Below, one piece after another: positions 27,509 through 36,310 of a DNA stretch of 64,000 nucleotides. The notes beneath the pieces are model-generated. The model saw nothing but the letters and a program-made list of their open reading frames with translations, did not search any database and was not told the origin of the DNA. The position numbers and the translations under genes were made by a program. The stretch is from a virus. The stretch is taken from IMG/VR virus record IMGVR_UViG_3300033978_000457, positions 1 through 64,000 of that record. One strand, written 5' to 3'. Position 1 is the first letter of the stretch; each line of letters starts with the position of its first letter.

Positions 27509-30500
27509 TGCCAACTCCTTTTACCGAGTTAACTATATCAAATATTACAGCTGGATCATCAGCTTACCTAGCTTACGACGTAAGCTCTGGGTTTAGGCTA
27601 TTTCAAACTGTAGTAGATGGCTCAGTAGAATATCTAAGAGATATTACTTCTGCTAGTCCACCTTCAGCCACAAGAACTTTAGCTGATAATGCTACTGTAC
27701 GTGGTAATATTATAAGTATTCCTGGTACTACTGTTGCACCTGCTTCAGTTACTGTAGGCAGGCGCTATAAAATATTAACTTTAGGAGATACTCCGGCAAC
27801 CTATGCTACTATGGGCGCCACTACTACAACTGCAGGCGCTTTTGAAATTGGTAGACAGTACATTATTAGAGCTTTAGGAGATACAGACTATACATTAATA
27901 GGAGCTTCAACTAATACTGTAGGTATAATATTTACAGCTACTGGACCAGGTGTAGGTACAGGTACTGCATATGAACAATATTTTACTCCTACTGTAGCGG
28001 GTAGCGGTAGTGGTACGTTAGTATCTGATTTTTCTGAAGTGGGGGCTCAAGTAGGTCAACCTATAAAAATTAATACTACTTGGTGTACTATAACTAGTTA
28101 TATATCTGATAGAGCTATATCTGTAGATAGAATTGTTACTGCCGGTCCAATTGTTTATCCCTCTTATTATCCGAATGTTGTAGAAGATACAATCATAGGC
28201 CTTATATCAGTTTTTAGTATTAATGCCACGACTATAGAGCTTAACAAAACTTACCAAATTCTAACGGTAGGTACTACAAACTTTATGACCTCTTTTGGCG
28301 CTGTAGACAATAATATTGGAACAGAATTTACAGCTAATGCTGCTGGTACCGGAGGCTCTGGCACAGGCACAGTAACTTACTATACTATCGAACGTTACTT
28401 TACAGCCTACAACACTATACCAACAGGATCTTTAGCAGTATCTGGTACATTCCCTGGAGAGTCTCGAATCGATAGCGGTTCTGGAGATTTATACATATGG
28501 AGTGGTACAACTTGGGTAGCTTCAGGTGGTAGTGCTAGTGAGGTTATCGTAAGTGCTACAGCACCAGGTGCTCCAACTGTAGGTATGCAGTGGTTTAGAA
28601 CTACAGATAGCCGCATGTTTTTGTGGAATGGCACTAGTTGGGTACAAACAATCCCAGGAGTTAGCGGAACTCGTTTAATTGATACTTCTACAGTAAATGG
28701 TCTATATGAAGGTGAAACTGTTATTGACTCCACAGATGGTAATCTGTATATTTGGGAGTTGGGTGTATGGACATTAGTTTTAGAGAGTGTATCTTTTGAT
28801 CTAAGTAATCAAGTACACGGGTTACCTTCTGCTTTTGATGGTACTGCAGTAGATTATACGGGTGCTAATACTCAGATCAGTGTTTTTTCTGGATCTACAG
28901 ATGTTACATCTTCATGGACTATTGTTAAAAGTGAGAGCGCTGGTATAACTGGAACTATAACTACCCCGGGTCCCCATAAACTGTACACAGTTACATCTCT
29001 AACAGCAGACGTTGCCACAGTAGAATTTACGGCTTCTAAAGTAGGATATGCTGATCGCATAGCCACGTTTACTGCTATTCGTGTTCGCGCAGGCGAGGGT
29101 GGAGTCGGTACTGTATACCAAGTTATACCAAGTGTAGGGGCTCTTAAGTACAATTTAACAGATTATACTCCTTCGTCTGTTGTGTTTGATAGTTTTGTTA
29201 CAACTGGGGCAAGCGTGCCGGCGGCTTATGCTGGCCGCTTTAAAATTTATTATAGTACTAACGGTATTGATTATACCTTAAACTATACTAGCGCGTCGGA
29301 TGAGTCTACAAAATCATACACCCTACCTGTGGCAAATATAAAGTTTGTCAAGGCGGAACTATTTCTTGCAGGGGGTACTACAACTCTGCTAGATTACGAG
29401 AATATTCCTGTCATTATTGACGGTGCTCCAGGCTCGCAAGGCTTGCAGGGTACTTTTGGCAACCAAGGATTACAAGGTAATATTGGCAACCAAGGATTAC
29501 AAGGTACTCTTGGTACTCAAGGAATACAAGGTACTTTAGGTACTACAGGAGCCCAAGGTACTCAAGGCGGTCAAGGTGGGCAAGGTAGACAAGGTACTTT
29601 AGGTACTACAGGAGCTCAAGGTACCCAAGGAGGTCAAGGTGGGCAAGGTAGACAAGGTACTTTAGGTACTACAGGAGCTCAAGGAGCACAAGGTACTTTT
29701 GGTCCGCAAGGTCAGCAAGGTATAGTAGGAACTATAGGTGCCCAAGGTGCGCAGGGCGTACTTGGCTCTCAAGGTCAACAAGGTGTAACAGGACCATTAG
29801 GTGCGCAAGGTAACTCAGGCGGCCAAGGCCCTACAGGCCAACAGGGCATTACTGGTCCTTTAGGAGCTCAAGGTATTGGTGGTACGCCAGGACCTCAAGG
29901 AGCACAAGGTAACCCAGGCACCACAGGTCCTCAGGGTTTACAAGGTACATTTGGTCCTACAGGCCAGCAAGGCATTACAGGTAGTGTAGGTGGCCAAGGT
30001 CTGCAGGGGGGGCTTGGACCTGTAGGTCAACAAGGTATTACAGGTACTACAGGAGCTCAAGGAGCTCAAGGAAACCTAGGGCCTGCAGGTCAGCAAGGTA
30101 TTACAGGCACTACAGGAGCTCAAGGAGCACAAGGTACTGGCGGTTCTCAAGGTAGACAAGGCACAATAGGTATAGACGGGGCTCAAGGTACCCAAGGCGG
30201 TCAAGGTGGACAAGGTAGACAAGGTACTTTAGGTAGTACAGGAGCCCAAGGAGCTCAAGGTACTTTTGGTGCACAAGGACAGCAAGGTATAGTAGGAGCT
30301 ACAGGTACTCAAGGTGCTGCAGGTACTCAAGGACCAACAGGACAACAAGGTATTACAGGTACTCCAGGAGCTCAAGGAGCCCAGGGTACTGGCGGTTCTC
30401 AAGGTAGGCAAGGTACTACCGGCCCTGTAGGAGCGCAAGGTACTGAAGGAACTCCCGGACCGCAAGGGCAACAAGGCTTGTCTGGACCGAACGGACCTGC

Positions 30501-32670
30501 CGGGGCTCAAGGTACGGCTGGTCCAAGCGGTCCAGGTGGAGCGGTAGGAGCTGCAGGAGCGACTGGTCCTACTGGTGCTAGCTTATACGTATATTACTCT
30601 TCTTCCGCTATAACTACACTAGATACGTTCCCTACTCCGGCTGATTGGTTGTCGGGGGCAACTTATGCATTTAACGCTATAGTTTATTATAGCAATGCTA
30701 TATACGCTATGAGAAATATTAGCGGTATAACTGGGCTAACTACTAATCCTTTCTCAGATACTGCTAACTGGTTGCAGGTTTTTGCTAATGGAGTAGCTAT
30801 AGGAGAAACAGTAACTGCTCCTAATTTTGTAATTGGTAAAACTTATAGAATTACTGCAACAAATGGTACAAACTTTGGAAACTTTGGATCGAGTAGCTCT
30901 GCTCCAGGTACATATTTTACGTGTACTGCTGGAACTCAAAATGGAGCAGGTACTGCTCAATTAATTATACACACAAAACTTACGCCAACCATATACGTTG
31001 GCGGCGAAAGCAGATTTAGGTGCGTAGATAATAATCACTACTGGTACGCCAATGCCACACAGGTTTCTGGAGGTGCGCAAGCTGTAAAATGGACTATATT
31101 TGCTACAGAAACTAACTCATCAAACATTGGAACTGAAGACTTTGGAAACCCAATACTATCTATTGGTGAAACTGGGGCTCCCGGAGCTGCCGGACCTCCA
31201 GGGGCTTCTGGGGCACAAGGGCCTCCTGGTGTACAAGGTAATCCAGGACCACCTGGTGCCCAAGGTACAGCAGGTACTCAAGGTGCTCAAGGTAGACAAG
31301 GTACTGGAGGTGCTACAGGCTCTCAGGGTACTACGGGTACTCAAGGTTCTCAAGGTGGTCAAGGTACTGGAGGTGCTACAGGAGCTCAAGGTACAGCGGG
31401 TACTCAAGGTGCTCAAGGTAGACAAGGTACTTTAGGTACTACAGGAGCTCAAGGTACAGCGGGTACTCAAGGTGCTCAAGGTAGACAAGGTACTTTAGGC
31501 GCTACAGGCTCTCAGGGTATCACTGGTACTCAGGGCTCCCAAGGTGGCCAAGGTACTGGAGGTGCTACAGGCTCTCAGGGTACCACTGGTACTCAGGGCT
31601 CCCAAGGTGGTCAAGGTACTGGAGGCGCTACAGGCTCTCAAGGTACAGCTGGTACTCAAGGTGCTCAAGGTAGACAAGGTACTGGAGGTGCTACAGGCTC
31701 TCAAGGTACGACTGGTACTCAAGGTTCTCAAGGTGGTCAAGGTACTGGAGGTGCCACAGGCTCTCAAGGTACAGCTGGTACACAGGGCTCTCAAGGTGGC
31801 CAAGGCATTGGAGGTGCTACAGGCTCTCAAGGTACAGCTGGTACTCAGGGCTCTCAAGGTGGCCAAGGTACTGGAGGTGCCACAGGCTCTCAAGGTACAG
31901 CTGGTACACAGGGCTCTCAAGGTGGCCAAGGTACTGGAGGTGCCACAGGCTCTCAAGGTACAGCTGGTACACAGGGCTCTCAAGGTGGCCAAGGTACTGG
32001 AGGTGCCACAGGCTCTCAAGGTAGCGTAGGTGTTACTGGTTCTCAAGGTGGGCAAGGTGTCTCAGGCCCAACAGGTAACCCAGGACCTCCAGGTACACCA
32101 GGCCCTGAAGGTGCTCAAGGTGGTGCTGGGCCAAATGGAGGTCCAGGCCCTCCAGGTGCCAATGGACCCCCTGGTGGGGTTGGCCCGCCTGGGGGTACAG
32201 GAGGCGCAGGCCCTCCAGGTCCCAATGGACCTCCTGGTGGGGTTGGCCCGCCTGGAGGTACAGGAGCTTCAGGGCCGCCCGGCCCAGCCGGTTCAGCCGG
32301 AAATGCTGTAGCTTTTGATGTGACTGGTGCGTATAACAATGCATCTGGAACAGCATCAAGATCTGACTATATAAGAACATATAGAGGCACTAACCTAGTT
32401 AAACAAGGAGACGTTTACTGGAATGTTACAAATGGAGAAGTATGGCAGTGGCAATTAGCCGATGATAGCACTGGCAACGATCTAAACCTTACAAAATTAG
32501 TGGACTGGATTGATGCCGATAGCGTGAAAGTTACCTCACTATCCGCTTTAACAGCTACAATAGGTCTGCTAAGAACAGCATCAAGTGGTGCAAGAACTGA
32601 AATCGAGGATAACGTGATAAGAGTGTACGATTCTAGTAACGTATTAAGAGTAAGAATGGGAATTTGGTAA
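27508..32670 (+). CDS. Collagen-containing fibre carrying a J-type C-terminus
   Basis: Two Gly-X-Y tracts; ends LSALTATIGLLRTASSGARTEIEDNVIRVYDSSNVLRVRMGIW; AGGAGG RBS. Confidence 0.85.
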   Translation: MPTPFTELTISNITAGSSAYLAYDVSSGFRLFQTVVDGSVEYLRDITSASPPSATRTLADNATVRGNIISIPGTTVAPASVTVGRRYKILTLGDTPATYATMGATTTTAGAFEIGRQYIIRALGDTDYTLIGASTNTVGIIFTATGPGVGTGTAYEQYFTPTVAGSGSGTLVSDFSEVGAQVGQPIKINTTWCTITSYISDRAISVDRIVTAGPIVYPSYYPNVVEDTIIGLISVFSINATTIELNKTYQILTVGTTNFMTSFGAVDNNIGTEFTANAAGTGGSGTGTVTYYTIERYFTAYNTIPTGSLAVSGTFPGESRIDSGSGDLYIWSGTTWVASGGSASEVIVSATAPGAPTVGMQWFRTTDSRMFLWNGTSWVQTIPGVSGTRLIDTSTVNGLYEGETVIDSTDGNLYIWELGVWTLVLESVSFDLSNQVHGLPSAFDGTAVDYTGANTQISVFSGSTDVTSSWTIVKSESAGITGTITTPGPHKLYTVTSLTADVATVEFTASKVGYADRIATFTAIRVRAGEGGVGTVYQVIPSVGALKYNLTDYTPSSVVFDSFVTTGASVPAAYAGRFKIYYSTNGIDYTLNYTSASDESTKSYTLPVANIKFVKAELFLAGGTTTLLDYENIPVIIDGAPGSQGLQGTFGNQGLQGNIGNQGLQGTLGTQGIQGTLGTTGAQGTQGGQGGQGRQGTLGTTGAQGTQGGQGGQGRQGTLGTTGAQGAQGTFGPQGQQGIVGTIGAQGAQGVLGSQGQQGVTGPLGAQGNSGGQGPTGQQGITGPLGAQGIGGTPGPQGAQGNPGTTGPQGLQGTFGPTGQQGITGSVGGQGLQGGLGPVGQQGITGTTGAQGAQGNLGPAGQQGITGTTGAQGAQGTGGSQGRQGTIGIDGAQGTQGGQGGQGRQGTLGSTGAQGAQGTFGAQGQQGIVGATGTQGAAGTQGPTGQQGITGTPGAQGAQGTGGSQGRQGTTGPVGAQGTEGTPGPQGQQGLSGPNGPAGAQGTAGPSGPGGAVGAAGATGPTGASLYVYYSSSAITTLDTFPTPADWLSGATYAFNAIVYYSNAIYAMRNISGITGLTTNPFSDTANWLQVFANGVAIGETVTAPNFVIGKTYRITATNGTNFGNFGSSSSAPGTYFTCTAGTQNGAGTAQLIIHTKLTPTIYVGGESRFRCVDNNHYWYANATQVSGGAQAVKWTIFATETNSSNIGTEDFGNPILSIGETGAPGAAGPPGASGAQGPPGVQGNPGPPGAQGTAGTQGAQGRQGTGGATGSQGTTGTQGSQGGQGTGGATGAQGTAGTQGAQGRQGTLGTTGAQGTAGTQGAQGRQGTLGATGSQGITGTQGSQGGQGTGGATGSQGTTGTQGSQGGQGTGGATGSQGTAGTQGAQGRQGTGGATGSQGTTGTQGSQGGQGTGGATGSQGTAGTQGSQGGQGIGGATGSQGTAGTQGSQGGQGTGGATGSQGTAGTQGSQGGQGTGGATGSQGTAGTQGSQGGQGTGGATGSQGSVGVTGSQGGQGVSGPTGNPGPPGTPGPEGAQGGAGPNGGPGPPGANGPPGGVGPPGGTGGAGPPGPNGPPGGVGPPGGTGASGPPGPAGSAGNAVAFDVTGAYNNASGTASRSDYIRTYRGTNLVKQGDVYWNVTNGEVWQWQLADDSTGNDLNLTKLVDWIDADSVKVTSLSALTATIGLLRTASSGARTEIEDNVIRVYDSSNVLRVRMGIW
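29422..30582 (+). repeat. Collagen Gly-X-Y tract 1 (~129 triplets)
   Basis: G-X-Q/G-X-T rich; 63-nt period visible at 29539/29602/29665. Confidence 0.9.
31165..32307 (+). repeat. Collagen Gly-X-Y tract 2 (~127 triplets) with 63-nt tandem repeat core
   Basis: GATGSQGTAGTQGSQGGQGTG units starting 31561, 31624, 31687, 31750, 31813, 31876, 31939; GPP-rich ends. Confidence 0.9.
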
Positions 32671-32671
32671 T

Positions 32672-32971
32672 ATGCCGCAAGGATTACAAGTGTGGGATGC
32701 ATCTGGCAATCTCATATTAGATACAAGCACTAGGCTTGGGCGTGTTTTAGGCTATCAAGATGTTGGAGGATATCCATACTCTGGAACTATACCTGTACCA
32801 GGCATAGAAACTTACGGAACTCCATTTATTACAGTGTATAACCCTAATAGTATTGTAACTCCTTACTGGGCTAATGTTGCTGTTTTTTATTATCTTGAGA
32901 CTATATACTGGTCTACAGATGTTAGTACTGTTGGAGAAAATCAATTTAGGGCTATTTGGGGAGTTTACTAG
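32672..32971 (+). CDS. Small J-associated tail protein
   Basis: MPQGLQVWDASGNLILD motif, typical of genes following J in proteobacterial siphophages. Confidence 0.7.
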   Translation: MPQGLQVWDASGNLILDTSTRLGRVLGYQDVGGYPYSGTIPVPGIETYGTPFITVYNPNSIVTPYWANVAVFYYLETIYWSTDVSTVGENQFRAIWGVY

Positions 32972-33648
32972 TGCCTACAGGTATTCAAGTTAAAAATGAT
33001 TCATCTATTTTTCAAATAGATGAAAATTATAAAAACTTTCAATTAACTAACGCAAGTAGTGGTACTACTTCAAATAATTACAATGATGGTAGTTATAATT
33101 ACTACTATTATGATTATACTATTACTAACGCAGTAAATCCTATTATAGCTCTTTACTGTGCTAATAGATACGTAGTAGTTATTGCTATAACTAAAAGCGG
33201 GGCTACCTGGACGTTTAGAATAGCTTCTGGATTTAATGATGCATCGATAAATATTTATATATTTGATGTAACCACCACTAGCCCGCACAATTATGGATTA
33301 CAAATATTTAATTCAGCTGCAGAACTAGTATATCATAGCGGAAATAAACCATTTAGAATAGTAGATTATATTCAAGTAGACGTTTCTAATCCTCATACTT
33401 ATACATCTGGCAGAACCTACGCTACGGCATTTTTATATCCCGGGTTTCAGCAAGACGGATACGTAGTAGAAAAAGGTCACAAAGTTGAATTTACTTATTA
33501 TGGGGGAGCAAAAAATAACTCTCCACATGTTATAGATTTTACTAATGCAGCTATTCAATTATCTACTATACATACATATGGTTTTGATCCAGTTTTTACT
33601 TACTATCAGCCGGGTTTAGCTTTAGTTATTGATATTACTAACTTTTAA
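32971..33648 (+). CDS. J-associated tail protein
   Basis: GTG start overlapping TAG, GGGGAG RBS; PTGIQVKND...QIDENY, YGLQIFNSAAELVY. Confidence 0.7.
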   Translation: MPTGIQVKNDSSIFQIDENYKNFQLTNASSGTTSNNYNDGSYNYYYYDYTITNAVNPIIALYCANRYVVVIAITKSGATWTFRIASGFNDASINIYIFDVTTTSPHNYGLQIFNSAAELVYHSGNKPFRIVDYIQVDVSNPHTYTSGRTYATAFLYPGFQQDGYVVEKGHKVEFTYYGGAKNNSPHVIDFTNAAIQLSTIHTYGFDPVFTYYQPGLALVIDITNF

Positions 33649-33657
33649 GGAGATACT

Positions 33658-34149
33658 ATGTTTATACAAGATAAACTACAGGCTTGGAGAACTGCAACAA
33701 ATCTTACGGGTCCTTGCCCTATGTCTGATTGGCTAACTTTAGAGCAAAATAAACTAAATGGCCTAGATATTAATAGCAAAGAATATGCGAATAAAGAGGA
33801 CGTTATTAGGCAGCAGCTTTTACTGCACCCGGATTGGAGTACTCAACTTTCTTGGCAAGGTTTTAAAATGGTAGAAGGATATACAGAGCCTAGAAGAGGA
33901 ATAGCTCAATTTACTTTTTTAACTCATGTCCTTACAGCTCCTTTCCCGACATTGGGTAGAAGTTTAAAAGCACAGATTCAAAAAGATATAGAAAAAGATA
34001 TAGTAACAGATCCTAAAGTACTTAAATTAATGGAAGATTATTTAGCCATTGAAGAATTATTGCCAGGAGATATTCGCTGGGATCCTGCTAATAAAAGAAA
34101 ATCAGGCGTACCATTGCACATAATAACAATGATAAAGGAGACTAACTAA
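33658..34149 (+). CDS. Hypothetical protein
   Basis: 163-aa ORF with AAGGAG RBS. Confidence 0.6.
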   Translation: MFIQDKLQAWRTATNLTGPCPMSDWLTLEQNKLNGLDINSKEYANKEDVIRQQLLLHPDWSTQLSWQGFKMVEGYTEPRRGIAQFTFLTHVLTAPFPTLGRSLKAQIQKDIEKDIVTDPKVLKLMEDYLAIEELLPGDIRWDPANKRKSGVPLHIITMIKETN

Positions 34150-34698
34150 ATGGTAAGGCAAAATTGGAGACTATTTTCAGGGATGGTATCTCCGCAGGAG
34201 TGTGAAGAAATAATAAATCTTTGCTATAATACTTGTAGATTAGCAGATGGCACTGTTTTTAATGGTACAGACCCTAATTCTCCATACTCAGGAAGAAAAA
34301 GTAAAGTAGGCTGGACTGAAGATCCTAAATTGATGAATATGGCTGTTCGTTATTTAAGGTTATCTAATAGAGATGCGTTTAATGTAGATATAGATTATAT
34401 GCCACCATTGCAATTTGGAGAATATTCCCAGGACGGATTTTATGATTGGCATTATGATGTAAACTGGGAAGGGAACGGCCCCTACGATAGAAAGTTATCT
34501 TTTGTTTTACAACTTAGTGACCCTAATACTTATGAGGGTGGAGTCTTTGAATTCAAAGATATTGAGCAACCCCATAGATTTAAGGAGCAGGGGTCTATAC
34601 TAATTTTTCCTAGTTATCTAACACATAGAGTTACTCCAGTAACGAGTGGCATTAGAAACTCACTAGTTGGGTGGATGGAAGGCCCTCGTTGGAGATAG
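34150..34698 (+). CDS. 2OG-Fe(II) oxygenase (PKHD/prolyl-4-hydroxylase-like)
   Basis: WHYD...RKLSFVLQL...YEGG...IFPSYLTHRVTPVTSGIRNSLVGW (HxD...H...RxS). Confidence 0.9.
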   Translation: MVRQNWRLFSGMVSPQECEEIINLCYNTCRLADGTVFNGTDPNSPYSGRKSKVGWTEDPKLMNMAVRYLRLSNRDAFNVDIDYMPPLQFGEYSQDGFYDWHYDVNWEGNGPYDRKLSFVLQLSDPNTYEGGVFEFKDIEQPHRFKEQGSILIFPSYLTHRVTPVTSGIRNSLVGWMEGPRWR

Positions 34699-34735
34699 AA
34701 AAAACCCCCGCAGCTCTGGCTGCGGGGGTTTCTTT
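34699..34735. terminator. Bidirectional intrinsic terminator between convergent arms
   Basis: AAAAAACCCCCGCAGC-TCTG-GCTGCGGGGGTTTCTTT. Confidence 0.9.
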
Positions 34736-35357
34736 ATGTGAATATTGTATCGAACCTTAAGACTTCTGCTGGTGTATAATCAAAACTTCGCAAAAACTCC
34801 TCAACTAAAGGGTATTTAGGATAAGTATGCTCAACTACTATCGTGGGCTTATAATGCTCAATAATACCTTGCGCACCCTCTAAGACCTCTAGCTCATGTC
34901 CTTCTACATCTAAGTGTATTAAATCCACTTCCATAGGTACGATATGGTCTAACTCTACAGATATACAGTCTTCGCCAGAAACTATAAAGTATCCGCCACT
35001 GTTTGTATTATCTGCAGATTTTAAACTGTGCTGACTATTTCTATTAGATAAAGATACTTGTAATTTTATTACATTAGGCTCTTCTACGTTATCAATTAAA
35101 CAAGCAAAATTTCTAGCTTCTGGCTCAAATGCCATTACCTTATAAAAAGCATACGCATATTGCTTAGTGTAGAATCCAGCATGTGCTCCGGCAATGATAC
35201 ATGTACGCCTTTGCTTTACATGTTTTGTGACTATAGAAGGTAGATGCGGCTCCATACACATCCACTCCCACGCCCCTTTGTCATCTTTAGGCCAGAGCCA
35301 AGTATTTTTATCTCTAGTGTAGAAACCACCACTTCTGTACTCTACATCTTTTCTCAT
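34734..35357 (-). CDS. FkbM-family methyltransferase
   Basis: IIAGAHAG, VMAFEP, VDLIHLDVEGHELEVLEGA...PTIVVE. Confidence 0.85.
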   Translation of the reverse strand: MRKDVEYRSGGFYTRDKNTWLWPKDDKGAWEWMCMEPHLPSIVTKHVKQRRTCIIAGAHAGFYTKQYAYAFYKVMAFEPEARNFACLIDNVEEPNVIKLQVSLSNRNSQHSLKSADNTNSGGYFIVSGEDCISVELDHIVPMEVDLIHLDVEGHELEVLEGAQGIIEHYKPTIVVEHTYPKYPLVEEFLRSFDYTPAEVLRFDTIFT

Positions 35358-36307
35358 AAAATATCTGCCCAGTTTCCAGTTGTTGCTGATTTAGAATAAG
35401 CTGTAGACCTGTTCTCAAAGAAATTTGTATGCTCTACAGCGTTAATCATAGAGTCTACCCAAGGTAGTGGGTTTTTCTCAATACCAAAAATATTGTTTAG
35501 CCCTAGCTGATTAAGTCTTCTGCCAGCAATGAATCTAATATATTGTTTTACTTCTTCTGACTCTAGGTCTTCTAATTTAGCTCCCTCGAAACAAGTATCT
35601 ATGAAAGCGTCCTCTAGTTCTACAATCTTTTTGCATATGTTGTAGAGAGAAGCCTTAAGCTCGTCTGTCCACAGATGTGGGTTTTCTTCGATATAAGTTC
35701 TGAATAGGCGAGTCATGCCCTCAACATGGAGGTTCTCATCCCTGATGGACCAGCTAATAATCTGGCCCATATTCTTCATTAGATTATGCCTCGGGAAATT
35801 AAGTAGGATGGCAAAGCTGGAGAATAATTGTACGCCTTCAGTGAAGCCAGAATAAACTGCCAAGCTCTTGGCGATATTTTCGGGGGATTGCATGTTAAAT
35901 TCATTGAGGTATTCATGCTTGTCACGCATAGATTTATAGTTCGAGAACATTTTGTATTCTGCATCAGGCAACCCCAGTGTTTCAATTAAGAGTGAGTATG
36001 CGTCGATATGAGTAGCTTCCATACCTGCAAAAGCGCTCATCATCATTCTAATTTCAGGCGGTTTAAATGTGGGCAAGTAATGCTGAGCATACCCGCCCGC
36101 CACGTCTACGTCAGCCTGAGTAAAGAACCTAAAAATTTGAGTGATTAGTTTCTTACTACCTGGGTTTAGCTTCTGGTTATAGTCTTTGATATCGTCAGCC
36201 AGAGGGACTTCCTCTGGCTGCCAATGCATTCTATTTTGAGCCTTATAATAATCATATGCCCATGGGTAGGAAAAAGGGCGGTAGTATTCTCTGGTTTCTG
36301 TTAACAT
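35354..36307 (-). CDS. nrdB: Ribonucleotide reductase class I beta subunit
   Basis: FFTQADVDV, EATHIDAY, FTEGVQLFSSF, RDENLH, NFFE. Confidence 0.95.
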   Translation of the reverse strand: MLTETREYYRPFSYPWAYDYYKAQNRMHWQPEEVPLADDIKDYNQKLNPGSKKLITQIFRFFTQADVDVAGGYAQHYLPTFKPPEIRMMMSAFAGMEATHIDAYSLLIETLGLPDAEYKMFSNYKSMRDKHEYLNEFNMQSPENIAKSLAVYSGFTEGVQLFSSFAILLNFPRHNLMKNMGQIISWSIRDENLHVEGMTRLFRTYIEENPHLWTDELKASLYNICKKIVELEDAFIDTCFEGAKLEDLESEEVKQYIRFIAGRRLNQLGLNNIFGIEKNPLPWVDSMINAVEHTNFFENRSTAYSKSATTGNWADIL

Positions 36308-36310
36308 GTG

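Noticed and set aside
27475-27510. Frameshift fusing J with the collagen fibre at AAAAAAG
   Set aside because: The run is not in canonical X-XXY-YYZ phase, and the downstream ATG has a strong AGGAGG RBS with TAATG coupling
29422-32307. CRISPR-like or DGR-like repeats
   Set aside because: Repeats are in-frame coding with no unique spacers; no reverse transcriptase or adenine-specific variant pair seen
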